Shown one piece after another: positions 17,878 to 27,515 of a DNA stretch of 64,000 nt. The notes below the pieces were generated by a model. That model searched no databases, was not told where the DNA came from, and worked only from the letters and a program-made list of their open reading frames with translations. A program made the position numbers and the translations under genes. Source of the DNA: an uncultured Verrucomicrobiae bacterium. Its GTDB lineage: Bacteria > Chlamydiota > Chlamydiia > Chlamydiales > Rhabdochlamydiaceae. The stretch lies in the NCBI GenBank assembly GCA_963806855.1, contig CAWDYW010000001.1:1216001-1280000 (forward strand). Direction: 5' to 3'. How positions within the stretch are numbered: the first letter of the stretch is position 1; each line of letters opens with the position of its first letter.

Positions 17878-19548
17878 TCATCTACAAAAAATTGGATATT
17901 CTGGGTACCACATGGTCTCATCGATCAGCTTTTCAACCGAATCGATCGTCTTAAGCTCGGAGTGACCTTCTTTGATCACCGTTTTGGCGACGGCAATCGC
18001 GATCTCCCGCGTCACTTTCCGCAGGTTGTCTAATGTCGGAAAGAGAGGCGCATGGGGATCTTTCAGAAGGGGCGAATAGTCGCTCAGCACTTTGGCGGCG
18101 TTGATGAAGACATCATCGCTTGCATAGCGGGCCTTTGTGGCGATGAGGCCGAGTCCCACCCCCGGGAAGACGTAAACGTTATTGCATTGCGCGATTTGAT
18201 AGAGGTGCCCTTCGTGAGCGACCGGTTTAAAGGGGCTGCCGGTTGCGATGATCGCCTCCCCTTTTGTCCACTTGATCAGATCGGCCGGGTTGGCTTCTGA
18301 GAGGGAAGTGGGATTGGAAAGGGGGAAAATGACAGGTCTTTTCACATGCTTGTGCATCTCTTTGATGATCTGTTCATTGAAGGCCCCACCTTGTGTCGAA
18401 ACGCCGATCAGGACCGTTGGATGGGCATTTTGGACCACTTCGAGTAAGGTGATGTGCTCCGGATTGGCCACTTTCCATGATTTAAAGGACCCTTTATTTC
18501 GGGCATAGGGCTGTTGGGTCGGAAAGAGCTCTTGCCCTTCTTGTAAGACGCCATTGATGTCTACGATGTAGAAGAGCTGCCGCGCCTCCTCTTCAGAGAT
18601 CTTTTCTTCTCTCATGATCGCTTGAATCAGTTTGTTGCAGATCCCCACTCCAGCCGATCCCCCGCCGAGCACGGCAAAGCGCTGATCTTTGAGGCGGCCA
18701 TGGGAGAGTTTAATCGCGCTGTAAACGGCGGCAAGTGCGACGGCTGCGGTCCCTTGGATATCGTCATTGAAGGAGCAAAGCGATTTTCGATATCGGTCGA
18801 GCAGGGGTTGGGCATTGGGTCTGGCGAAATCTTCCCACTGTAACAGGACGTTTGGATACTCGGCTTTGATCGCCTGGATAAAGCGGTCGATGAAGTCGTC
18901 ATATTCGCTGCCGCGGACACGTGGATTGCGCCAGCCGATGTAAAGGGGGTCTTCGAGCATTTGGTTGTTGTTGGTGCCGACGTCGAGGATAATGGGCAGG
19001 GCACGGCCAGGGTGGATCCCGCCAAAGAGGGTATAGAGGGCCAGCTTTCCGACTGGGATGGCCATCCCTCCCACTCCTAAATCCCCTAGCCCTAAAATCC
19101 GTTCCCCATCGGTCACGACGATGACGTCGATATCTTTAATCGGGTAATTGGCAATCATTTGACGAATTGTATCTTTGTCTGGATAGGAGAGGTAGAGTCC
19201 CCTCTGCTCTCGGTAGAGCGAACTATAATGGGTTGAGACGCTTCCAACGGTCGGGGTGTAGATATAGGGTGTCATTTCGGCAACATGTTCGAGGACGAAA
19301 CGATAGAAGAGGACCTCGTTTCGGTTTTGGAGAGCATTAAGAAAGGTGTATTTCGCCAGATCGGTTTGCAGCTCAGTGAAATTTTCGTAGCGCCGCGCCA
19401 CTTGTTCAACGAGCGTCGAAACATGATAAGGGAGAAGGCCGTTCAAGCCGAGTGCGGCCCGCTCTTCAAGGGTAAAGGCGGTCCCCTTGTTGGTGAGGGG
19501 GTTCTCTAATAGGGCATGTCCGGGGATTTTAGTTTGCACTCTCTTCAT
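17878..19548 (-). CDS. maeA: NAD-dependent malic enzyme
   Basis: NKGTAFT, YTPTVG, VTDGERILGLGDLG, QWEDF, FNDDIQGTA, LSNPT, QCNN. Confidence 0.95.
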   Translation of the reverse strand: MKRVQTKIPGHALLENPLTNKGTAFTLEERAALGLNGLLPYHVSTLVEQVARRYENFTELQTDLAKYTFLNALQNRNEVLFYRFVLEHVAEMTPYIYTPTVGSVSTHYSSLYREQRGLYLSYPDKDTIRQMIANYPIKDIDVIVVTDGERILGLGDLGVGGMAIPVGKLALYTLFGGIHPGRALPIILDVGTNNNQMLEDPLYIGWRNPRVRGSEYDDFIDRFIQAIKAEYPNVLLQWEDFARPNAQPLLDRYRKSLCSFNDDIQGTAAVALAAVYSAIKLSHGRLKDQRFAVLGGGSAGVGICNKLIQAIMREEKISEEEARQLFYIVDINGVLQEGQELFPTQQPYARNKGSFKSWKVANPEHITLLEVVQNAHPTVLIGVSTQGGAFNEQIIKEMHKHVKRPVIFPLSNPTSLSEANPADLIKWTKGEAIIATGSPFKPVAHEGHLYQIAQCNNVYVFPGVGLGLIATKARYASDDVFINAAKVLSDYSPLLKDPHAPLFPTLDNLRKVTREIAIAVAKTVIKEGHSELKTIDSVEKLIDETMWYPEYPIFCR

Positions 19549-20803
19549 TTTTAGCAGCCATCTCCTGCGGGGCTAATTTTTCAAACTCTTTTAAACCGTA
19601 GCCTATCGCAAAGATCCAAAGGATTGCAATGGCGATGTTCAAAAAGGTGAGGAGGTGGGAAGAGAAAAATGCGGTCATCCCGATGATGAGGACCGAACTA
19701 AAGGCTTTGGAACTGCGGTGGGCAAAGATGTCGATCACGGCCCGTGCTCGATATTTTTCGTCGGGTTTTAGAGGGATATAGAGCATCTCCCGGACGACGC
19801 CGAAGACTGAAAAATCGAGCGCTTTGCATGTGATGAACGCGGTGCTGATGCAATGGGAAAAAGGGAAAAGGGCGAGGAGTGTGGAGGAGGCTCCTAAGAG
19901 GGTCGGAATCATATAATGGGTCCGCCGAAAGCCAAGCCAGTTGATGATGAAGAAGGTGCCGGCAAATTGCAGCAGCATGGTGACGATATGGAGGACAACG
20001 GAAATGCGGGCAGAAATTTCTGTCCGGACATCTTTCTCGATGTAGGCCCTGCCCAAAAAGTCATTGAATTGGAAATCGGCGATCGCCGTGATCATCTGCA
20101 TGAAGATGACGACAACCAAGGCGAAAATCAAAAATCTCGAGCTGCGGATGAGTTGCATCCCATGGATAAATCCACCCGCTTTTTCCCGATTCACTTTCGG
20201 GGACTCTCCATTGGAATAATGGGTCATTTTTACATAAAAGACCAGAATCATGAGGTCGATGGGCAAAATCCAAAAAATGAGATTTTCAGAGCCAAATGAC
20301 ACAGCGCAAAAGCCGGGGAAAAGAGCTCCGAGCAGCGATCCAACTCCCCCAAACCCAAAGAAAAACCCATAGAGGTATTTGGCTTTCTCAAACTGGATAT
20401 TGGCATGGACGACCGACCAGACGAGCTGGAACATCAACATGATATAGAGCTCTCTCCAGACAAAAAACAGGAAGGTAAAGACAGGGATCGATTGAGCAAA
20501 AAGTCCGAAGAGAAGATTGGTCGCTGAAACGACGAGAATCAAAATGAAGAACAGTTTCCGCGAGCCCCATTTTGGAATGAAGTGATTGTAGAAGGAGACG
20601 AGTAAGAGACTAAACGGAACTGTCGCCAGCCAAGCGTAGGGCATCCAGTTCACAGAGAAGCAATGAAGAAAAAGGGAATTGCTTACGGGGCGGATAATGG
20701 CATAGTGGGAGCAAATCAGAAAGTTGACAATAAGGGAAAAGAGAATAAAGGAGCGCTCTCGCTCTGGATGATTGCGAAAATTAGCTAGGGATTTCTTCAG
20801 CAC
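19529..20803 (-). CDS. Npt1/Npt2 (TLC/NTT) family nucleotide transporter, short type
   Basis: HYAIIRPVSNSLF, REMLYIPL...KYRARAVIDIF..RSSKA; ~12 TM. Confidence 0.8.
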   Translation of the reverse strand: MLKKSLANFRNHPERERSFILFSLIVNFLICSHYAIIRPVSNSLFLHCFSVNWMPYAWLATVPFSLLLVSFYNHFIPKWGSRKLFFILILVVSATNLLFGLFAQSIPVFTFLFFVWRELYIMLMFQLVWSVVHANIQFEKAKYLYGFFFGFGGVGSLLGALFPGFCAVSFGSENLIFWILPIDLMILVFYVKMTHYSNGESPKVNREKAGGFIHGMQLIRSSRFLIFALVVVIFMQMITAIADFQFNDFLGRAYIEKDVRTEISARISVVLHIVTMLLQFAGTFFIINWLGFRRTHYMIPTLLGASSTLLALFPFSHCISTAFITCKALDFSVFGVVREMLYIPLKPDEKYRARAVIDIFAHRSSKAFSSVLIIGMTAFFSSHLLTFLNIAIAILWIFAIGYGLKEFEKLAPQEMAAKNEESAN

Positions 20804-22013
20804 GATAGTCCTTTAATCCATAGGCGACACTTCCAATCCAGAGAACTCCTAAGCTAAGTGTGAGCCAAGTGAGTTGGTAGGAAGAGACGAACGTGGTCAT
20901 CCCGATAATCAGGAGGGAAGCAACGGCTTTAGAGGTGCGGGCGGCGAAGACGTCGATCACAGCCTTTGCCCGGAATTTTTCATCGGCTTTTAAGGGGATG
21001 TAAAGCATCTCTCGTACCACTCCAAATAGGGAAAAATCGAGCGCCTTAGCAGTCACAAAAGCGAGGCTGATGATCGGGAAAATGGGGGCAATGACGACGA
21101 GAGAAGCGAGAGTAGCAACGGTGGTGGGAATGAGGTAATGGGTTTTTTTATAACCGAGCCATCTGAGAAGGAAAAAGGAACCGGAAAACTGAAGGAAAAT
21201 GGTCAGGCAGTGCATGATCCCCATGATCCGGGCCGAAAATTCAGTGCGGAGATCCTTTTCTGGATAGACCCTTCCCAAAAAGTCATTAAACTGAAATTCT
21301 GCAATTGCGGTGACCATTTGCATGAAGACTACAATTAGCAAAGCAAAAATTAAAAATCTAGAGCGCCGGATGAGCTGAATTCCATGGAAAAATCCCCCCT
21401 TTTGCTCCCGATCTGCTTTCGGTACATCTCCAGAGGAGTAATGATTTAGACGAAGGTAAACAAAAAGTAGAAGGATATCAACTGGTAGGACCCAAAGAAT
21501 AAGCGTCTCTGAACCGTAGGCGACGGCAAAAAAACCTGGAAGCAGCGAGCCAAGGAGCGAGCCGAGCCCACCGAGGCCAAAGAAAATTCCATAGAGGAAT
21601 TTGGCTTTTTCGAGTTTGATATTGGCATTGATCACCGACCAGAGCAGCTGGAACATCATCATCACATAGATCTCTTTCCAGACATAATAGAGAAAGGTGA
21701 GCAGAGGTGCCTCTTTGGCAAAGAGGCCAAAGAGAAAATTGGTGAGCGTCACAATCAAAATCAGCCAAAAGAACAGCTTCTTCGATCCCCATTTAGGGAT
21801 CAGCCGATTGTAGATCGAGACGATCAGAAAATTAAGCGGGACAGTGGCGAGCCAAGCATAAGGTAGCAGCTGTGCCGAAAAAAAATGGATGAAAAGGGAA
21901 TTGCTTACGGGGCGGATGATCGCATAATGGCAGCAGATGAAAAACCCGCAGAGCATGGCGCAGAGAGCAAAAGCCCCATGTCCTTGAAATTTTTCCTTTA
22001 TCTTTTCGAACAT
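20781..22013 (-). CDS. Npt1/Npt2 (TLC/NTT) family nucleotide transporter, tandem paralog
   Basis: HYAIIRPVSNSLF, REMLYIPL...KFRAKAVIDVF..RTSKA; clearly homologous to the neighbour. Confidence 0.8.
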   Translation of the reverse strand: MFEKIKEKFQGHGAFALCAMLCGFFICCHYAIIRPVSNSLFIHFFSAQLLPYAWLATVPLNFLIVSIYNRLIPKWGSKKLFFWLILIVTLTNFLFGLFAKEAPLLTFLYYVWKEIYVMMMFQLLWSVINANIKLEKAKFLYGIFFGLGGLGSLLGSLLPGFFAVAYGSETLILWVLPVDILLLFVYLRLNHYSSGDVPKADREQKGGFFHGIQLIRRSRFLIFALLIVVFMQMVTAIAEFQFNDFLGRVYPEKDLRTEFSARIMGIMHCLTIFLQFSGSFFLLRWLGYKKTHYLIPTTVATLASLVVIAPIFPIISLAFVTAKALDFSLFGVVREMLYIPLKADEKFRAKAVIDVFAARTSKAVASLLIIGMTTFVSSYQLTWLTLSLGVLWIGSVAYGLKDYRAEEIPS

Positions 22014-22050
22014 AAAAATATTATACCGAAAAACTGAATTCTGGGGGGAG

Positions 22051-22218
22051 AGGTAGTTGCAAAACTCAGGGTTCGTCGATTTTCGGGATTATTTTGGCCG
22101 CTTTTCGATTCAAATTCGGGGGGTCATATACGGAGTTTGATATTACCCCCCGAATTTGAATCGAAAATCGGCTCAAAAGAACCCGAAAATCGACTGAACC
22201 TGAGTTTTGCAACTACCT
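22051..22218. repeat. 168 bp palindromic element, family A
   Basis: Outer IR AGGTAGTTGCAAAACTCAGG / CCTGAGTTTTGCAACTACCT; core TTTTCGATTCAAATTCGGGGGG...CCCCCCGAATTTGAATCGAAAA. Confidence 0.92.
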
Positions 22219-23321
22219 TCGAGGTACAGCCAGTTTTTGTGGTCGGCAGGGATCGTAATCAGTTCTTTTGACCCAAGGATCGGGATGGGAGGACTATTTT
22301 TCAAAGAATGTTTCGCATGGATCTCCCAGTGAATATTGGGGTCGGGGATCTTCGCCTTAAGTTTATATTCGATGAGCCGCTCGAGAGCGATGTGGGGAGG
22401 CAAACTAATCGCCTTAAACCGCTTTTTCCGATCAAACAGGGCACAGGCATCGAGGTGGCCCGGGTGCTCGGGATCTTTTTGGGCCAATTGGAGCTGGCAA
22501 ACAATGGCCGGCTCACTCATCGAAAAGTAATCTTCAATGGAGCTCAAATACTTCGCATCGCCATACAACGTTTTCATGAAACGGGCTAAATGAAAGGAAT
22601 AGGCCTTGGAAGCTGGGTATTGGTAGACCCGACGTTGCATGAAATGACGGGCAAGCAGAAGCGCTTCGCACGACTCCCGCCCATTCTCTTCGATCACGAG
22701 CGTTCCGTCAGGGAGAACGGCGAGGGTCTCGATCAGGTGGGTGTAATCGAATAGTCCATAGCTCAAACCGGTGGCTTTGGCGTCTCGCAGTAAGTAGTCG
22801 ATCCGATCTGCTCCAAAAAAGTCGCCGGTGATGATCTGGGCGTATATTTTTTCCAAGACAGAAAAGCTCGTATCGGGTCGGAGCTCTTTTAATTTTTCCT
22901 CACCAAGGGCTAATTTTGAAATATGTTCGACTACAGATGCTCCCCCCAACTTTTCCCAAACCGGCTCCAGATAGGCCGACTCGATGATTTTGAGGGTCCA
23001 TTCTTCATGGCCATGGGGTCCCAACAACACCTCTTCGGCGACATGGGAAAATGGCAAGTGGCCAAGGTCATGGCAAAGTGCGGCGAGCCGTACAATCTGT
23101 CGCCAATAGGGATCATCTCCAATATGATCGAAGATTTGGGTCGCGATCTGCATCGTCCCCAAAGAGTGTTCGAAGCGGGTGTGTGTGGCCCCTGGGTAAA
23201 TCATGTAAGAGATCCCCAGTTGATGGATGTAATGGAGCCGTTGGAACACCTCAGTGTCGATCAAGGCACTCTCAAGCTCATTGAAATGGATAAACCCGTG
23301 GACCGAATCGTAAATTTTCAT
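22173..23321 (-). CDS. HD-domain phosphohydrolase (SAMHD1/dNTPase-like)
   Basis: IYDSVHG, FQRL..IHQLG, HTRFEHSLG, ALCHDLGHLPFSH, ADRIDYLLRD, VYQY. Confidence 0.9.
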   Translation of the reverse strand: MKIYDSVHGFIHFNELESALIDTEVFQRLHYIHQLGISYMIYPGATHTRFEHSLGTMQIATQIFDHIGDDPYWRQIVRLAALCHDLGHLPFSHVAEEVLLGPHGHEEWTLKIIESAYLEPVWEKLGGASVVEHISKLALGEEKLKELRPDTSFSVLEKIYAQIITGDFFGADRIDYLLRDAKATGLSYGLFDYTHLIETLAVLPDGTLVIEENGRESCEALLLARHFMQRRVYQYPASKAYSFHLARFMKTLYGDAKYLSSIEDYFSMSEPAIVCQLQLAQKDPEHPGHLDACALFDRKKRFKAISLPPHIALERLIEYKLKAKIPDPNIHWEIHAKHSLKNSPPIPILGSKELITIPADHKNWLYLEGSCKTQVQSIFGFF

Positions 23322-24325
23322 CGTCGTGGATAACTCTCCTGGGCATAGGCCGATGTCACTTCGACAAATTCAGCTTTTCTCTGCAGTTCCTTAATATTGC
23401 GCGCTCCCCCATAAGTCAGCCCACTGCGAATCCCCCCGAGCAGCTGCCCAAGCAACTCTTTGGCGCTGCCACTAACCGGAGCCCAGAAAGCGATCCCTTC
23501 GGCGACCGTCTTGTCTTTGAGTCCTCCATAGAAATCGTTTTGAAAGTCTTCGCTCGCCTGTCCCCTGTACTTTGCGATGAGTCCGGATGGAGAATCGGCC
23601 GATTCCTTTTTAGGAGCGGCGCTCTCTTCCGTCAGGGCAAATAGTTTTCCGATCATGACCGTGCTTGCACCGGCTGCTAGAGCCAGTACCACATCGCGGC
23701 TTGTCCGGATCCCCCCATCGGCGATCAGCGGTACCCGCAGCCTTTCGGCGATTTCGGCACACTCAAGGATCGCGCTAAATTGAGGAACACCAAAACCGGT
23801 GACGATTCTGGTCGTACAGGCAGCTCCTGGACCAACTCCCACCTTCACCGCATCGGCTCCCGCATTGACCAGATCGTGATAAGCCATTCCAGTGCAGACG
23901 TTGCCGGCGATCACTTCTTTATCGGGATGCGCCTTTTTGATCTTTTCAATAAACGCAAACATCCGGTCCGAATGTCCATGCGCGACGTCGATACAGACCC
24001 CAGCCGCCCCGAGATCGAGTAGCTCCCTCGTCGAGTCGAACTGCGTAATCCCGCAGGAGATAAAAGTCTTATTGCCAAATTTTTTAACCCAATTTTTTTG
24101 CGTTTCGAGATCGGTAAAACGGTGAAAAATCGGAAGGCTGCCCGCCTCTAGCAAGATATGGGCCAATTGCTCCGAAATCGCACTATCCATATTTGAGCAG
24201 AGAATCGGAATCCCAATTTTTTGATTCTTCGTCAACCAGGTCTCCAGTAGGGGCTCAGTGCGAGAGGGAACGTTATTAAACTGCGGCACCAAGGCCACAT
24301 CATCAAAAGTGAAAGCTTTACGCAT
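23318..24325 (-). CDS. IMPDH/GMP reductase family, no CBS domains; probably GMP reductase
   Basis: [47 protein letters not shown]; flap lacks the IMPDH Arg-Tyr pair. Confidence 0.85.
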   Translation of the reverse strand: MRKAFTFDDVALVPQFNNVPSRTEPLLETWLTKNQKIGIPILCSNMDSAISEQLAHILLEAGSLPIFHRFTDLETQKNWVKKFGNKTFISCGITQFDSTRELLDLGAAGVCIDVAHGHSDRMFAFIEKIKKAHPDKEVIAGNVCTGMAYHDLVNAGADAVKVGVGPGAACTTRIVTGFGVPQFSAILECAEIAERLRVPLIADGGIRTSRDVVLALAAGASTVMIGKLFALTEESAAPKKESADSPSGLIAKYRGQASEDFQNDFYGGLKDKTVAEGIAFWAPVSGSAKELLGQLLGGIRSGLTYGGARNIKELQRKAEFVEVTSAYAQESYPRR

Positions 24326-24372
24326 CGAATTTTCCTCTTTGGTCCTAAAAAACCAAATGATATTATACTCCT

Positions 24373-25107
24373 ATGATTAGTGCCACAGTTCTGACAAAAA
24401 ATAGCCAAAAAACCCTTAAACAAACCCTTGACTCCCTCAAGCGGTTTCCCGAGGTGATCCTCCTCGATTCCGGCTCGACCGATGAGACCTTGATCATTGC
24501 CAAAACCTACCCCAACGTCGCCATCCACACCTCCCCTTTTCTAGGCTTTGGCCCTATGCATAACCTCGCCTCCTCCCTCGCCACTCACGATTGGATCCTC
24601 TCCATCGACAGCGACGAGATCGTCACCGAGGCCCTCGCAGATGAGATCCTCACCCTTTCCCTCGACCCCAAGAATATCTACAGCATCCAAAGAGCCAACT
24701 ACTTCAATGGGAGGCAGATCATGTGGTGCGGCGGTTGGCATCCCGATGTGGTCTTGCGCCTCTATCACCGCTGGGAGACCCAATTCAGCGGCGACCTCGT
24801 CCATGAAAAAGTGGAAAGAAAAAATTTTCAGATCGTCCCCCTGAAAGGGACCCTCACCCATATCCCCTATCGGGAGATCGGTGATTTCCTCGACAAGATG
24901 CAACACTATAGCACCCTCTTTGCCGACCAAAATCCTGGGAAAAAGAGCTCACTCCTTAAGGCGCTTCTCCACAGCTGGTCTGCCTTCTTGAAAAGCTATA
25001 TTTTGAAACGGGGCTTTTTAGGAGGGAAAGAGGGCTTTATCATCTCGATCTACAATGGCCATACCGCTTTCTATAAATATTTGAAGCTAGCCGAGCGAAT
25101 TAAATAA
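24373..25107 (+). CDS. GT2 glycosyltransferase (WaaE/KdtX-like, LPS core)
   Basis: LDSGSTDET, FLGFG, WILSIDSDE, VHE, FLKSYILKRGFLGG. Confidence 0.9.
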   Translation: MISATVLTKNSQKTLKQTLDSLKRFPEVILLDSGSTDETLIIAKTYPNVAIHTSPFLGFGPMHNLASSLATHDWILSIDSDEIVTEALADEILTLSLDPKNIYSIQRANYFNGRQIMWCGGWHPDVVLRLYHRWETQFSGDLVHEKVERKNFQIVPLKGTLTHIPYREIGDFLDKMQHYSTLFADQNPGKKSSLLKALLHSWSAFLKSYILKRGFLGGKEGFIISIYNGHTAFYKYLKLAERIK

Positions 25108-25154
25108 AAAAAATATGCTGCTTTAGAGCGCGGTTTCGAGTAGAATATTCTCCT

Positions 25155-25715
25155 ATGAAATTCCGCGTAATCTTGCTAGTTATTTTATTCCATGCGATTG
25201 GCTTTTCGGCCCAGTACTATTGCGCTCCAGAGCTAAAACCGGTACTAGAGAAAGTAAAAGCTCTGCCAGAAGCAGCAGACGTGATCGATCAAGTGCTCGA
25301 GCAGGGGCCCATCACAATCAAGCTCAACAAAAATTATCCCGATGACTTTTTCGGCTATTGGGGCTCAGCAGAGCGTACGATCTACATCTCTAAAACCCCT
25401 TCTGAATGCATCCAAATCACTGCCCTCATCATGGAGCTGCACAATGCCCTGCGCAATGCAGATATTGAGCAGATGCACGCCCTCGCCGCCAATCGCTCTA
25501 TCGATAGAGAGCGATTCATCGAGCAGTTTGAATACATTGAATATGAAAATGCCTGTGAGACGAGGCGGCTCCTTGAAATAGGTGCTCATCAAGGGCTTTT
25601 CCCCTGTAATTGTCGCTTCAATATTGCCGATAATTTTGGGGATCATCTCGACATCCAGTATAATGAAGGACATTCAGACTGGATCGGGCAGATCTACGAT
25701 GAATTAGCGCTTTAG
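25155..25715 (+). CDS. Exported hypothetical protein
   Basis: Signal peptide MKFRVILLVILFHAIGFSA; ELHN and EYIEYE motifs. Confidence 0.7.
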   Translation: MKFRVILLVILFHAIGFSAQYYCAPELKPVLEKVKALPEAADVIDQVLEQGPITIKLNKNYPDDFFGYWGSAERTIYISKTPSECIQITALIMELHNALRNADIEQMHALAANRSIDRERFIEQFEYIEYENACETRRLLEIGAHQGLFPCNCRFNIADNFGDHLDIQYNEGHSDWIGQIYDELAL

Positions 25716-26342
25716 TGGCATTAAGCTTTCAAGCTCTTTTCTCACCTGGGGTGTCGATTGAAAGAGAATGGCATGGATCCCAAACTTTCTTGCTGCGGCC
25801 ACATTCACTTCCCGATCATCGATAAAAATGACATCCTTAGCTGGAAGCTTGAGAGTTTCCAATAAGATTTCATAGATCTTGGGGTCGGGCTTGCGCACAT
25901 TGACCTGCCAAGAGAGGATAATCGGATCGAAAGGGCGATAAAACCCCTCGCGACGATAGAATTCACTACGTACCTGAGTCGTATTTGAGATGAGTGCCAC
26001 GATATATCCTTGGGCCTTTAGCTCGGAAATGAGTTGATCCGTTCCAGGTACAGGCTGCACAAAGTTCTTCACCCGCCGTTCTAGTCCCGCCATCCAGCCA
26101 ACGGGCAAACTTCTCTTGTGCGCCTGTGCATAACTCTGCCAAAAATCTTCCCCTTGGATAAGAGCAGAAAAGAGCTTATCCCCCTCAAAATCGACTGCCG
26201 CATTCGTCCCCAAAGTATCGTGAATATATTGAAGAATGGGCTGCGGATCGTGCGTAGCCACGACTTTCCCAAAATCGAAGACCACCGCTTTTGGGGCAGC
26301 GCACAGAGTACAACACCACAATAGGAGTAAGAGTATACGCAT
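25704..26342 (-). CDS. HAD-superfamily phosphatase with signal-peptide-like N-terminus
   Basis: VVFDFGKV, LISNT, KPDPKIY, FIDDREVNV; start uncertain (26342-26366). Confidence 0.85.
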   Translation of the reverse strand: MRILLLLLWCCTLCAAPKAVVFDFGKVVATHDPQPILQYIHDTLGTNAAVDFEGDKLFSALIQGEDFWQSYAQAHKRSLPVGWMAGLERRVKNFVQPVPGTDQLISELKAQGYIVALISNTTQVRSEFYRREGFYRPFDPIILSWQVNVRKPDPKIYEILLETLKLPAKDVIFIDDREVNVAAARKFGIHAILFQSTPQVRKELESLMPLKR

Positions 26343-26425
26343 AATTTGGAACATAGTATTTTGCAAAATAAAAATCTTCTCAAAATAAATGCTTTGCCTT
26401 ATTACCTGAAAGAAAAGGGGTTATC

Positions 26426-27442
26426 ATGCCTAAAATGCGCGCAGTACAAGTTTCTCGTCCGGGGGGCCCATTAGAGCTTGTCGAACGGGAAATCCCTAAA
26501 CCTCAACCCGGTCAAGTTCGGATCAAAGTGCAAGCTTGTGGAATCTGCCATAGCGATACATTTGTGAAAAACGGCGCGTTTCCCAACATCGAGTATCCCC
26601 GTATCCCTGGCCATGAAGTCGCTGGAATTGTCGATGCAGTTGGTCCAGGCGTCACACGATGGCAAGTAGGCGATCGGGTCGGAGTAGGTTGGCATGGTGA
26701 TCATTGTAGTGTTTGCGACCAGTGCCGAAGGGGGAATTTCTTCGCCTGTCTGACTTCCCCGAAAGTGACCGGCATCTCCTTTGACGGCGGCTATGCTGAG
26801 TACATGATTGCCCCCGAGGTCGTATGTGCAGCGATTCCCAAAGAATTATCTCCCAGCGAAGCAGCTCCTCTCGTGTGCGCTGGGGTTACGACCTTCAATG
26901 CTCTGCGCAATACCGATGCCGTAGCAGGCGATTTAGTCGCAGTGCTTGGTCTCGGCGGACTTGGCCATCTCGCCGTTCAATTTGCGGCAAAAATGGGCTT
27001 TAGAACCGTTGGGATTGCACGAGGCAAAGATAAGGAAGCCCTTGCCCGCAAGCTCGGCGTCAATTACTACATCGATAGTCAAACAGCCGATCCAGCACAG
27101 CAGCTTCAAAAACTCGGTGGGGCCAAAGTGATCCTCTCAACGGTGACAGATAGTGCTACCGTAGCTGCAGCACAACTCGGGCTCGGTGTCCAAGGAACTC
27201 TCATCTTAATTGGAGTAACCGATCCTTTTCTGATACAACCCCTCTTTTTGCTCGACCGCAATCGATCAATCAAAGGATGGAATTCTGGAACAGGGATCGA
27301 CTCCCAAGACACCCTCAATTTTTGTGCGCAAGCAGGGGTCCGTTCAATGAATGAGATTTATCCTCTGGAGCGAGTTGCTGAGGCCTATGAGCGGATGTTG
27401 AGTGGCAAAGCCCGCTTTCGGGTTGTACTCACCATGGAATAA
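26426..27442 (+). CDS. Zn-dependent alcohol dehydrogenase (MDR family)
   Basis: CGICHSD, PGHEVAG, CxxCxxC structural Zn, CAGVT, GLGGLG, RFRVVL. Confidence 0.93.
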   Translation: MPKMRAVQVSRPGGPLELVEREIPKPQPGQVRIKVQACGICHSDTFVKNGAFPNIEYPRIPGHEVAGIVDAVGPGVTRWQVGDRVGVGWHGDHCSVCDQCRRGNFFACLTSPKVTGISFDGGYAEYMIAPEVVCAAIPKELSPSEAAPLVCAGVTTFNALRNTDAVAGDLVAVLGLGGLGHLAVQFAAKMGFRTVGIARGKDKEALARKLGVNYYIDSQTADPAQQLQKLGGAKVILSTVTDSATVAAAQLGLGVQGTLILIGVTDPFLIQPLFLLDRNRSIKGWNSGTGIDSQDTLNFCAQAGVRSMNEIYPLERVAEAYERMLSGKARFRVVLTME

Positions 27443-27515
27443 CAATTCCCTTTCAAAAAAAATGATCTTCTTGCACACTATTGGATTAAAATTTTTCTAA
27501 TAGTGTGAGAGTCAT

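Noticed and set aside
23318..24325. Calling this gene guaB (IMPDH)
   Set aside because: No GSIC loop, no GMGS and no flap Arg-Tyr; GMP reductase is at least as likely, so no symbol given
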